64,000 nt of DNA. It comes from Cyanophora paradoxa CCMP329. Lineage: Eukaryota; Plantae; Glaucophyta. Both the position numbers and the translations under genes were made by a program. Location: the NCBI GenBank assembly GCA_004431415.1, contig QPMI01000709.1, positions 124,001 to 188,000 on the forward strand, in the 5' to 3' direction. Positions 1 through 13,542 of the stretch are shown piece by piece (position 1 is the stretch's first letter; each line of letters opens with the position of its first letter). The notes beneath the pieces are model-generated. The model ran no database searches. It was not told the origin of the DNA and was given only the letters and a program-made list of their open reading frames with translations.

Positions 1-83
1 CGTTCCTCGCGGCCGCGGCCGGCTGCGTCCCTCCCCCCGGGCCGGCGGGGGTCTCTGGCGTTCTTCTGAGCGCCCCTAGGCAT
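1..83 (-). CDS. Possible 5' end of a gene running off the left edge (MPRGAQKNARDPRRPGG...)
   Basis: Minus-strand ATG at 83 is open to the edge and sits head-to-head with THUMPD1, like other pairs in the window. No homology recognised. Confidence 0.3.
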   Translation of the reverse strand, partial: MPRGAQKNARDPRRPGGRDAAGRGREE

Positions 84-196
84 GCTGTCGGTGCTGGTGC
101 CACGAACATATCGCTGCGGAGGCTGCGGAAGGCGAACCAGCCGCCGGCAGCCGGCACTGGGGGGATACTCAAACTTTCGATTACCCGACCTGCGCG

Positions 197-1325
197 ATGG
201 GCGGGGACGAGGCCGGCCCCTCGCAGAAGCGCGCTGCTGCTCCGAGCGATGCGGGGGACAAGGCACGCATTCGTGCCAAGAAGCGGAAGTACTTCCAGGT
301 CCGCCCCGCTTCCGCCGCCGCGCGTACGCGCTGTAGGACGCGTGCGCTAGTTTAAAGGAAGCTATGGGAAGCTGGCAGATCGCGGGTGGTTCACCCTAGC
401 GCGCGCAGGGCATGCAGAAGTGCGACTTGCACTCTGGGCCAGGCCTGAGCGGGGTGCTGATCACGACAGAGCAGAAGCGGGAAAGAGGCGAGTCCGTTCC
501 GAACCACTGGTCTGGGCTGCAGTCGCTGAGGCTGCGCCCAGATGCCGCCCGCGAAGCAGTGACTGTCTTCTCGGAGCTGCTGGAGGAAGGTGCGCCCGAG
601 CGCGAGGATGCAGGTGAAGAAGAAGACGTTGCGGGCGCGCTCGAGAGCGAGCTTGCGCAGCTGAAATCCAAGGAGCAGAACCCGGTCACCGCAGTGGACC
701 TGGAAACCAAGGTGCACCGCCGCAAATCGTGTATCTTGCTCGTCTGCGAGCCCACAGTTGCTCAGGGCATTCTTTTTTTGAGAATCATTAATGCGAATCC
801 GCTCGATCTCATTAAGAGGCTAATTGACAACGTCAAGTCAACGGGAGTGGCCCCATCCAGGTGCAATGTTTGAGTCGAATCCGGTGCAACTGCTTTTGCC
901 TGACCTGATCTCAGGCACTGTATAAGATTTATTCCAATCATGGCCACGTGCTATGCAAGTGCAGACGACATCGGAAAGCATGCCCAGCGAGTGCTTCAGC
1001 CTTACCTCCTCGATGAGAGCATACCAATGAAGAAGGTTCAAATGTCGATTGCATAAGACAAAAATTATGTTCTAATCCAGCTCCACCAATACAGTATTGC
1101 ATCTTGTTCTCAAGGAGAAACAACAACACATGCAGCAGGGAGAAGAGCATGGAGGCAATCGAGGCGCACATTGGTGGAAGGCACCTTGTGGATCTACGGG
1201 ATCCCGACATCGTCATCTTCCTGGAAGTTTTCAAGGCAACATGCGCCATCGGAGTGGGGGTCGACTACTTTTCCAGTGCCAAATACAACCTGCGGACCCT
1301 GGCAGAAAGATCGAAGGCCAAGTAG
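197..1325 (+). CDS. THUMPD1: THUMP domain protein (THUMPD1/Tan1-like), multi-exon
   Basis: Spliced motifs GLSGVLITTEQKRE, RFIPIMATC, FSRRNN, HLVDLRDPDIVIFLEVFK and FSSAKYNL. Includes a GC-AG intron. Confidence 0.85.
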
Positions 1326-1396
1326 AAACCCTTGCAAATTGAAACCAGTTTGCGTAGCTTTTGCAAATTCGGGAGCGAAATACTAAACATCCACAT

Positions 1397-1881
1397 CTAT
1401 ATTAAGGCAGTATGCACAAGGATCCACAGCGTCAAAAACGAGGCGTAGGCTGGCATCGCGCCTTCCTGCATGAGCTTCCACCGCCCGCCAAAGTCTTCCT
1501 CATCAATCCCGAGGTACAGCGCGTAGTAGACCAGACCGCTCACAGTGCTGAGCACCCAGAAGCTGCGGCGTAGCCTCGGCGTGAGCGCGGGGACGGGACG
1601 ATGCTGCCGAGCGAGCGGCGCCCACCCAATGTTTCCAAGCGCTCCCTGCACGCCAGCGATGCCGAACGCTATACCGAGGACGACGCCGACGATCTGCCGG
1701 AACCTGCGAACGAGGTTCTCATTGCGGGAAGCCCGCCCATCGCTCCAAACGTGCGCGAGCACACCAGTAGACGACATCGAGAAGCTGCGCGAGTCGATCA
1801 GAACGCGGGCCGGCAGCCAGGCGCGCGTTGGCGGTGCACCTCGTCCTTGCCCCACGTTTGATTCCGTTGCAAAGCCTTCAT
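1397..1881 (-). CDS. RAB5IF: RAB5-interacting factor / OPTI (EMC6-Rab5ip family) membrane protein
   Basis: WGKDE|LLDVVYW|FRQIVGVVLGIAFG and IDEEDFGGRWKLMQEGAMPAYASFLTLWILVHT; 3 GT-AG introns. Confidence 0.85.
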
Positions 1882-2167
1882 GTTAGCTATAACTAAACGC
1901 CAGCGCTCGCGTCGGAGTCGACGTCGGCTCGAATGGCCCGCGTCAGTGGGTACGCGATTTTAGATCAACGCTTGGCATGCACGTGATCATGACTCTCGCC
2001 GCGGTCCCTGCCAGACTGATTCTATTTGAAGTTCAGATGCATCGCTTGGCGTGTGGGCCCTGCCTGGCTGACCCTTGGCCTTCAGCGTCCCACAATTCGT
2101 GCCGGCTGTACTGGACTCGGACAACATGGGCGAGATCCGGGGGGCTGGAGGGGATCTCGATCTAGAT

Positions 2168-4942
2168 CTACTGCTTGAGGGACACGGAGCGAGAAACGCC
2201 AGCACGGATGCCCGTCGACTCGCCTGCGTAGGGCTTGGACTGGGGCTTCCAGTCCCGCACAGCACCCTTCCGCTTGACGAGGGCCTTCTCGAACCTGTTT
2301 ATGAGAGGGTGTGCAAAAGCAATTAGCAAGATAAAAGCAGTCAGCGAGCTGGCGGATGGCGCACTTGTTGCGGTGCTTGACACGGGGGTTCTTGTTCTCA
2401 CGGCTCCGGTGTGGCGTGAGCCCACGGTTCTTCAGCATCTGCATTGAGGCGCCACGCTTGCCCTCGGCCTCCTCCTCCTCCATCACAGGCACGCGAGCCT
2501 TCATGTTCCTGCAAAAAAGGGATCAAACCTGCGGCGATTTGAGGGCAGGTTCAGAGCGCACGCAGCCTGTGCATCCGCCTTCTTCTGCTTCTTTGCGGCC
2601 TTTGCGCCTTGCATCTCAGAGTAGAAAGCATCCTCGGTTTGCGCTGGTTCATCATTCGAGTCATCGAATTCCACATCCTGGAAAACGAATAGAAAAATCA
2701 GGACGACACATGGCAAGGCATAAATCCGGGGCGGACTTGTTTGCTCCGCTTCCTGCCCTTGCTTGCTTGCTCAGCTTGTGAGCGCCGCGCCTCCAGATCT
2801 CTCCTAGGCACATCTGCATCCGCAGAGACCTCGCGCTTCTTAGAAAGCTTGGCCTGTGTTGCACGAACAAAAATTAGCTGGAAATCAACTGACTGGCACA
2901 GCAGACGGACTTGTTCTGCTGCTGATAGGTACTGCGACATGGACCGTTTGCGCATGAGCTCCTGCTCGGCTGCTGCTTGTTGCTCTTCTGCCACATCGAG
3001 CTCCGCCAAGTCTCCGAAGTCATCAAAGTCCTGCACAGGGATTCTCATATCATCAAGGGCATGTGATGGTAGCAAATGCAGGGAGAAAACGCACAGCAAA
3101 CGGATCAATCCTCGACTTGAGTTTCTGCTTCCGCCGTTGTTCCTTCGTGAGCTGCAAGCGAGTGAAATTCTCCTCCTCGTAACGTGTGCGGTCCGCTTCC
3201 TCCTCCCTGTGGAATATCAGAAATGCGAACGGGCACATTGTTCGGCCAAAACGTACCTGAGCTGATGGTCGTCGTTGAGGACGGGGCCCACAGCGCTTTC
3301 CTCCTCAGGGAGCTCGCCTAGTTCATCACGGAGGGCGCGGATCATGCTGCTCTTCCGAGCGCGCTCGCGGGCCTTGTTCTTCTGCTTTTCCTTCGCCTTG
3401 AGCTTCTTATCTGATGGAATGCTAATGTCAGCACGCTGTGCATGGCTTTTGCACTGTACCAGCGCACCACCGTCGTCGTAGTGCACCGCAGAAAGCTTCG
3501 GCGGCTGGTACACTGCTGTCTTCTCCGCGCCCTCCTCGCCATCATCTTCCTCCTTTGAGAGAAGTGCCTGGGGATTCGGCTTGAAGCGCAGAGGGTCCGA
3601 TGCAGCTATCAAGGGGGTCAGCGGCAAGTAGCCCTTGAATCCAATTTATGCTCCACACCTGATCCCGCCCCTCCCAATGCAGCAGTGCGGAGAAGTTTGT
3701 CGATCTGATACTTCAGCTTCGCATCCAGTGGCTTGAGCTTCTCCAGTACCGTCCGAACTTGCACTGGGCGGGATGTCGATGTCTCGTGAGAAGAGCCACA
3801 CAACAACAACGCGCACCGAGGTGGGAGATGACCGGATGCATCTTGACTGATTCTCCGTTCGCCTTGAGGAGCAAGTAGAAGGCAATGTTCGTGCAGTAGT
3901 TGAGCAGAAGGTGGAACTTGACCTCGAGGTAGGAGAGGCCCTTCGAAGTCGGGATTTCGCCCGCGCGAACCCTGCAGATCAAGACAGAGAAATTTAAAAA
4001 ATTCTTAATTCAACTTAGGACATGGTATGAAGTAATCAGACCTTGTCAGCAAGGGCTGAAGGTGCGTCTGCAGACTCAAAATCTTCTCTTTGAATTCCTG
4101 AAGAAGCTGGAGAAGTTCAGGCGCCTCCTGCTTGATGATCGCGAGCTTCTCGTCGACGCTGAGATCGGAAAGGTCTTTCTTGATCGCCTCGGCCTCATGC
4201 GGCCCAGCACGGCCCTGTTCTGCGTGTCAGTGTCTGCGTGGAACGTTCCGAGCGCGGAATCTCTACCTTTCCGGAGGTGGACTTTGCTGTCCCTTGCTGC
4301 GCTGACCCGAGAAGGGTCTCGTCCCCGTAGTCCTCCACGTTCAACTGCTCCATCATGCGCTTCTGGATGCGCCGAGCCTCTTCCTCTTCCTCCTTGGCTG
4401 TAAAGAAAGGATTTAATTCAAAGCCACGGCAGAAGCAATGGATGACGCCGCACCTGCATCCTCGTCGCTCTCCTTGTCCTCCTTGTTGTCCGCGTCGTAG
4501 TAATTGCGGCGACCGCGGCCCCAGCCCGTCGGCTCCTCCTCTTCGCCTGGGTAGCAAACTGTTAGCTACGTTATATTACGCGACTGAAAAACGCCTCACC
4601 TTCGCCCTCATCTTCGCCCTCGTCGCTCTCGTCCGAGTCCTTCAGGTCGAGATCGAGCACCTGCTCCTCGTCTTCGTCGGCGTCTGCGCGTACAAGCGAG
4701 CTAAGAGGCACGCAAGCGCTCCCACCGCGTGCCCCCGGGATCGCGCGCACCACCCGCTGCATCCTTAACGAAAGCGACCTTGCCGCGCTGATCGTGGACT
4801 GCAGCGGGGGTGAGCGCGAGCGCGATCCGATTGCGAGAAGGCTGTGCGTACACTCGTCGACCTCGTCCACGAGCTCCTCGCGAGAGGGCTCGGCAACGCG
4901 GCGCGAGCCCTTGCGCTTGACGCCCTTGCTCTGCCTCGCCAT
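2168..4942 (-). CDS. UTP3: Sas10/Utp3 SSU processome component, multi-exon
   Basis: KGLSYLEVKFHLLLNYCTNIAFYLLLK, LEKLKPLDAKLKYQIDKLL, and the C-terminal Sas10 motif KNRGLTPHRSRENKNPRVKHRNK...YAGESTGI. Confidence 0.92.
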
Positions 4943-5091
4943 ATGGGAGCTAGATCGGAGATGCTAAGCGCTGTCCGGGCTTCAGCGATCGCTGTTTCCT
5001 TCGCCGCGTTGACTCCGCTGACTCGACGCTGCGCTGCAGGGGTACTCGTCGCTTCGCCGCAGCCGTGCCGAAGAGCGCTTTCCACAGCAGA

Positions 5092-6857
<1,766 letters not shown>

Positions 6858-7142
6858 GCGGCTGTTCAGGCTTCGTTATCACTCTGTACTGTTGCACGAC
6901 TGTAGCTCCCTGTATCATAATCTGCAGCAAATGCATTGCCGTGCGTGGCGCTGAGCGAGGGATAGGGAAGCGTGAAGCTGGGGCCGTCGCCGCTCTCAAG
7001 GCGCGTCTGCAGGGCCCCGCAGCTGCGACAGCCGATTTCACCTCACGTGCACGTGGAATCGCACGCCCATGCACGCGATCAGGGGGTGAAAGAGAGTCCT
7101 GCATTTCTACATAAGCCTAACGATAACACGCGAAAAAGCAAG

Positions 7143-7556
7143 TTATGCGATGGTCATGTTGAACATCGCGTCGATGGCCATAGCGACGGCGGGCATCACG
7201 CTAACGAAGTCCTTCGCGCCCTTGCGGAAGTTGACGGTGCCGTCCTTCAGCGCGAACAGAGTGTGGTCCTTGCCCACGCCGACGTTGTCGCCCGGGTGGA
7301 ACTTGGTGCCGCGCTGCCGCACGATGATGCTGCCGGCAGTGACGAACTGGCCGCCCCACGCCTTGACGCCGAGACGCTGCGCGTTCGAGTCACGGCCGTT
7401 CTTGGTGGAGCCAGAGCCCTTCTTGTGCGCCTGCGCCACGGGGAGAAAATATCTTCAGCGCCGCCGCGATCCGCGGGCGCTTCTAGCGGCCTCGGAAGAT
7501 ACGCCTGGCCCGCCTGCGGCCCCGCTCCCCGCCCCGCAGCGCCGGAAGCGCACCAT
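7143..7556 (-). CDS. rpl27: Bacterial/organellar-type ribosomal protein bL27 (ATG exon 7554-7556, intron 7431-7553, exon 7143-7430)
   Basis: M|[23 protein letters not shown]...[27 protein letters not shown]. Confidence 0.95.
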
Positions 7557-7817
7557 GGAAGAGAGTGATCTGTCGAACGAACAAGTACCCGGCGGCAGAC
7601 GGGGGGGGGGTGGAACAGGTGTGAATCGGCGTACCCTCTTATTTGTGACCTGGAGGGGAGCTTTCGATCCGGGGATCTGCCCGCCGAGCAGCAGCAGCCC
7701 GAGCGCCTCTGAACAGCCTCACGAGCGATCTGGTGTCGCGGGGGCTTTAGCTAGAGAAGCCAGGCGGCGAACCTCGAGCGCGGCCCTAGCCTGCGGGCAC
7801 GCTGCGGGGCTCCAGCC

Positions 7818-10465
7818 ATGGCCCGGGCGTCGCTGCTGGTGCACGCGTTGGTGCTTGTCGCCGCGGTGCTACTTGTCCAGCACTTGGAGGTCGAGGCGCA
7901 GGGCACCGTCATCCGCGGCCCCCTCTCCTTCCCACCCTCAGCCAGCACGGTCCTCAATGCGGGCAGGTTCGCCATTCCTGTATGCGTGTTGTGCGCATCG
8001 TTCCCTGACTGTCTTGCAGCGTGGCAGGTCTGCGAGAGTCTTGCGGTGTCCACTCTTGCTGCTCACCGCGTTGCTTCGCTCGCAGAGGTTCCCATCGTGA
8101 CTGACATTATCCCGAAGCGCGGGGTCCGCGCCGGCGGGTGCGTAGGCAGCTAGCTATTGATGGGAGCCGAAGCTGATTCCTCTGAGCAGGCAGACAGTGA
8201 CGCTCAGCGGCGCCAGGCAATTCCTTTGACGACTCGTGCACAGAAGCTCGCTGACTCCCTCCCAGGATGGTGAACTCGCCGAAGGCGACGTGCATGTTCA
8301 AGGACGGCCGTGAGATCCGATACGCCAAGGCGACGTGGCTGTCGAGCGTGCAAGTGACATGCGTCACCCCGCCGCGCACTGCTGGGAACACTGGCGCTGC
8401 GTACACTAATGGCAGCGTCTTTGTGTCCGTCGCTGTGTCCGTGCGTACATCGAAACCTCGCAATGATCTGTCCTCCTTCTCGCTTGCTCACTGGCCACCA
8501 CAGAACGACGGTGTCACGTACAGTGGAGCGGTGTACGGCGTGCCTGATATTGATGGCGCTGTGTCGGGAGATAATGCGAACGTTGTCTGGTCTGGAACAG
8601 TTGTCCAGTACGAGTACATCAGTGCGCTGTGAAGTTTGAAACCATATTCTTTCGAGCTAACACTATCGTGCTCGTCAGCGGACGAAATAACGGGGATGGC
8701 GATCGATTCAATCTGGCCTACAGTCGGACCCTACGAGGGAGGGACTCTTCTGACTATATATGGACAGAAAATTCTCGCGGGCTGGAATCTCAAGTGCAAG
8801 TGAGCGCTTTGCGGTTCACGTTTGCCTGGCTTTTTCCAATCTTTATTCTTGCAGATTCGAAACAAGCGCACCACTCACATCTGGCTTGACCCCACCAGGA
8901 GGTAGCACTGGTTCTGATTACGTGAATGCGACTGCTACCTCGGAGACCCGGGCTCTCTGCGAGACGCTCCCATACAGTTCGACTCCGCCTGCTCTGGATC
9001 CTGGCCTGGATGTGACGGCTACTGTCAAGCTCAATGCGCATAGCTTTAATACGTCTCTCGATTTCGGTTCAGCAAACTTCACGTACAAGCGTGCGCCATC
9101 GTCCATTCGAAGTTCAACAATGGTTATAATTGCTCATTCCTGCCACAGATGTTCTCCCCGTTCCGACCACGTTTAAGGCCCCAACAATCATCCCCACCCT
9201 CTGTGTTCGCCAGGACCCTGTGGCTCCAGCGACATTCGGGCTTTGTGGCGTCATGGCATCATTAACTGCGACTCCTTCCCGCTTTGCTGCTCGCTCTCCC
9301 GTCACGGGCAACACCGAACTCACTATTATTGGGACCAATTTCTTGCCTTCCAAAAATTTGAAATGCGGTTTCGGTGTGCCCTTTGCAATATCACATACTT
9401 CCTCTTCCTTGCTGAACTTCTGTTAGGGGCAACCCATGCATCAACAGCACCTACAGCACCTGGCACAACGGTGTCAGCAATCTGGGATTCGGAAACTCAG
9501 GTACAATCGCTTTCAGAAATTCAGAGCCAGATTGTACTTGACTTTTGAGCAGATCCGTTGTGTGACACCTGCCTATAACCCGCACTCTAACGTGGATTGC
9601 ACAATCCCTGCAAACTGCCTGGGTGTTCGCCTTCTGGTCTCGAACAATGGAAAGGACTGGAGTAATGCAACGCTCAATGCGGTCAATCCAGCTGGAAACT
9701 TCCCTCACAACTATGCAAACAACCCCAACTACCTTATCCTCTTCTCGGGTTCGTCAGCATGAATTCGTCTTGGGGATTACACGAGCCTAAATCGTGCAGA
9801 TCTGCATGTCTCGCCTTACGGTCACGATTCTACCGTACGTTTTACCTCGGGATCTGTTCGTTAGCCCCTTTCGTAAATATTTTGCAGGGAGATGGCACGG
9901 CTTCCAAGCCCTTCCGCACCATCCAGCGTGCCATCGACATGGCGAACCCCGATGACCGCATTTATGTGCAGCAGGGTCGCTACACAGGGCTCGGTTTGTG
10001 CAGTTTGATCGAGAAAGGCACACTCTGCTTTACTGATTGCTGCCAAAGGCAACATTGGCCTGCGCTCTTATGGCAAGAAGTTGCAGCTGTATGGTATGTG
10101 ATATTCTCTGATTGCTGCCTTTTTGCACGACCTTACTTTCACACAGGTGACGGCCTGACTCAGACGGTCATCGACTGCGAGCACAGCAACATCGGATTTA
10201 TTGTGGATGGTGCGTAATCTCTCTTCCGTGTTGTCTGCCGTCATCCTGTTTCTGACTGTTCATGTGCAGTACCCTACTTCGGGTCCAACGACCCCTACGT
10301 TGGTGCGCTGGGTTATCCGTGATCGAGTTTTCCTTTCCAACCTCGCTTCAGGTGTCATCAACTACAAGGACATTGCCGTCCTGGGTTGCGACGCTCAGAA
10401 GCTGTGGAAGTGCGCTGTTCGCGCTATGTCATTGCCCTCTCGCCTAATACTGCCGCGGCAGCTGA
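7818..10465 (+). CDS. Secreted protein with IPT/TIG-like repeats and a C-terminal DUF1565/beta-helix-cap-like segment
   Basis: Signal peptide MARASLLVHALVLVAAVLL. IPT-like segments (IIPKRGVRAGG, ATCMF..ATWLSSVQVTCVTPP, SPVTGNTELTIIGTNF..LKCGFG, IRCVTP..VSNNGKDWS). C-terminal GDGTASKPFRTIQRAI..TVIDCE. Confidence 0.7.
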
Positions 10466-10826
10466 CGCCAGCGACCCTTGCAACCGTGGGTAGTGCCACT
10501 GGTTGCCTTCGAGAGCACTTCTCCTGTTCAGTGGCTCCTTGCATGTTGGACATTGTACAATCAGGGGCCTGTAGGTTGTGCCTCTTTATTTAGCTAGCCA
10601 ATATTTGTAGGGTATAACATAACCAGCCCATTTTTGCACATCAAATCCAACCCGATCGAAGTCAATTTGGAGAATTTTGGATTCGACGGGGTACAGGCTC
10701 GGGAGTTCCCGGCCCTCAAAAGCGCGCCTCCCTAGCTATCAGCGCACCCCGGGCGGCCTCAGCGCCAGCCACGTATAGCCCGCGGAACCTGCGCATCAGG
10801 GCGATCGCAGGAACATAGATCGCAGC

Positions 10827-12004
10827 ATGAGCGCGCCGGAGAAGACCGACAACCCCGGGAAATGGGATGAGGTGGACGGCAAGGCGAAGGGCGTGCTCTC
10901 GCCGGACGCTTTCGATGGCGTACGCTTCGAGTTCACGCGGCCAGTCGTCAATCCCACTCCCGATGACATGGATCCGAAGCTCTTCACCCTCACGCACTCG
11001 CTCTCGATGGGATCCACGCAAATGCCCGCCGCGTACGAGCTGGGAACGTCGTTCCAGCGCCTCGCGCAGCTCCCAGGGGTGCGCACCGGTTCGCCGGCCG
11101 GGCCGTCCGCGCCTGACGCATTCCGCGCACAGTACCTGCTCATGGGCAGGCTCACGATGGACGGGCGCGTGAACGCGAGGGGGTTCTATATGCCCAATCC
11201 CCAGGCCACCGCGCGCTTCAACGCGCAGGTCCGATCGCAGTCGCGCCGCCCCCTGCTGCCCCGGCTCGCCGCGCGCTGACTGCTCCCTTTTTACGTTAGC
11301 TGAGCGGCGAGCCGCACTCGTCGCAAGTGCAGGCGGACGCGGAGTACAGGGGCTCGGACTGGTCGACGGGGCTGAAGCTCAGCAACCCCGGTGTCGTCGG
11401 CGTGTCGTACCTGCAGTCGGTCTGGACAGGGCTGGCAATGGGGGGTTCGATGCATAGTGTTCTGCAAGGACGCGAACCCTCCCGCTCAGCTGGGTTCGCT
11501 TCGCAGGTGAGCTAACGTATCTGGGCGCACGGAGGATGACAATCCTGGACTTCGCCGGTCGCTACGAGAAAGGGCGGATGACCTGCGTCGCGCGGTATAA
11601 CACTATGGGCCAAGTCACGCTCAGCTCGCACCACAAGATCAACGATAAGACGGCTCTGGCGACGGAGCTTACGTGGTCTCAAGCGAACAAGGACTCCATC
11701 TACAGGGTCGGCTACGAGTACAAGCTGACGAAGTCCACGGTGAAGGGGCTCGTGGAAAGCGCGGGACGCGTCGTCGCCACCATGGACTACAAGCTGTCGC
11801 CAGGTGCCGTGTTGCAGGGTCCTGGGCCTCGCATTTCCCGCTCACCTGAGTATATGTTTTAGGAATTGCGTTCCTCCTCTCCGGCGAGTTGGACCACAAA
11901 AAGCGCGACTACAAGTTCGGCTTTGGTGTGTATTGTGCTCGTGCTCGGCCTCTCCGAACGAATTCTGACCCCTCGCTCGCCCAGGACTTCGCATTGGTGA
12001 CTGA
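10827..12004 (+). CDS. TOM40: Mitochondrial import channel Tom40
   Basis: NPGKWDEV..DAFDGVRFEF, LLMGRLTMDGRVNAR, QADAEYRGSDW..KLSNP, DHKKRDYKFGFG|LRIGD*. Confidence 0.93.
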
Positions 12005-13029
12005 TTGTGAGAGAGGCGTGACGATGGTTTTTGAGCGTGTAGTAGCAGATGCCGCCTGTGACACGGTAATGACTGCAGCCTTCCGGCATACTCAGTTGCC
12101 TTGTGGTCGAGAGGGGCTTTGAAGGGTTTTTCATGCGAATCAAAATGTGTGAAGTGCATTTCAAGATTGAACAGGAAGAAGACCATGCTAGCTATAGGCT
12201 ATATTGAGCGCTTACTAGTACTATATATCCCAGGACCAGATATCGATAGCAACGTTAACGTTAACGGCTGCAAGGGTACAGGCCCAGGGAGCAATGCATA
12301 TGCTAGGTGATCACGAGGGAGCTAAGGGCTCTAGAGGAATATCAATAACTTAACTCTTAGCCGAGCAGAGCCGGAATATATAATAGAGATGACGAGCCAA
12401 GCGATCGCGAGTCGGAAAGCTCTTAACTTCCTCCTCTTTTTCAAAGCCTGTCGACGTCGCTGCCAGGCTGCAGCTGTTGACGTACGCGTCGACGTTGCCC
12501 TCTGGGCCCAGCAATTGGCCCCCGGCCCGCGCCGGTGCCCTGGCGGCCTGTTGGGGCCAGAGCCCAGGGCCACGCTATTTAGCTAGGGCCACGCTACGTA
12601 TACCAGAGCCCCGCGGCGCAACAGCTCAGCGGCTAGCTCATGATCAAGAATGGACTCCGGGATCAAAAACTTTGAAAGAAAGTTCTTTCTCCTCTTTCTC
12701 GAAAATTCAAAGCCAGTCCGACGGTCACTGGGTCGGATCGGATCCAGACGGTTGCCCTCACCAATTGCAAGTTGGCCGGGGCCGCGGGCCCCGCCCTCAT
12801 TCTCATTTTGAAACTGTTTTGCAATTCAATGATTGGTGAGTGACTTCCGAACTTCGCTGAGTACTAGTCGTGACCCCCCGGAGGTGCAATGACTAATGCC
12901 ATGATGATCGGTGATCATCGGATCATGCCATGATCATGATGTGCATGATATCGATCCGATGATCACATGAATTCGAACTTGGAATATACTCTTCGAATTC
13001 GAATTCTCTTCTTCCATCACGGCGCCGGC

Positions 13030-13290
13030 CAGCCTGGCAGGCCGCGGGCCGAGCCTCGGAGCTATCATAGTATAAATTAAACTCTGAATTGAAATGAGCC
13101 TCGGAGTATCACAGTATATATGTATATATATATAGGTTTGTACGTACGCGTACGTATAAGAAAAATAGAAAAAGTCCGAAATAGAAACAGCCTGGCAGGC
13201 CGCGGGCCGAGCTATCATAGTATAAATTAAACTCTGAATTGAAATGAGTATCACAGTATACAGGTTTGTACGTGCGCGTATACGTATACG
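13030..13290. repeat. Imperfect direct duplication (copies ~13030-13158 and ~13188-13290)
   Basis: Both copies share cagcctggcaggccgcgggccgag, ctatcatagtataaattaaactctgaattgaaatgag, tatcacagtata and aggtttgtacgt. Confidence 0.95.
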
Positions 13291-13542
13291 TAGGCGCCGG
13301 CCGCGGGTCACATCATGATTCATGAGTATTTTGAGTGACATTTTCATTTTCACGGAAATTCCCCGGGTACGCCGTTTGGGGTCAGTCGCCGGACCGGTAA
13401 AAAGCCCGAACCCCAGAACCCGTCTCCCGCTGACCCCCGCACGCTCCTTGCACTCGTTATCGATCCTAGGTAGGAGGCAAGGTGAGCCCCGACGTGGAGT
13501 CGATCCCCAGCTCGAGCTGTAGCTTACGCGCTCCCCGCGCAG

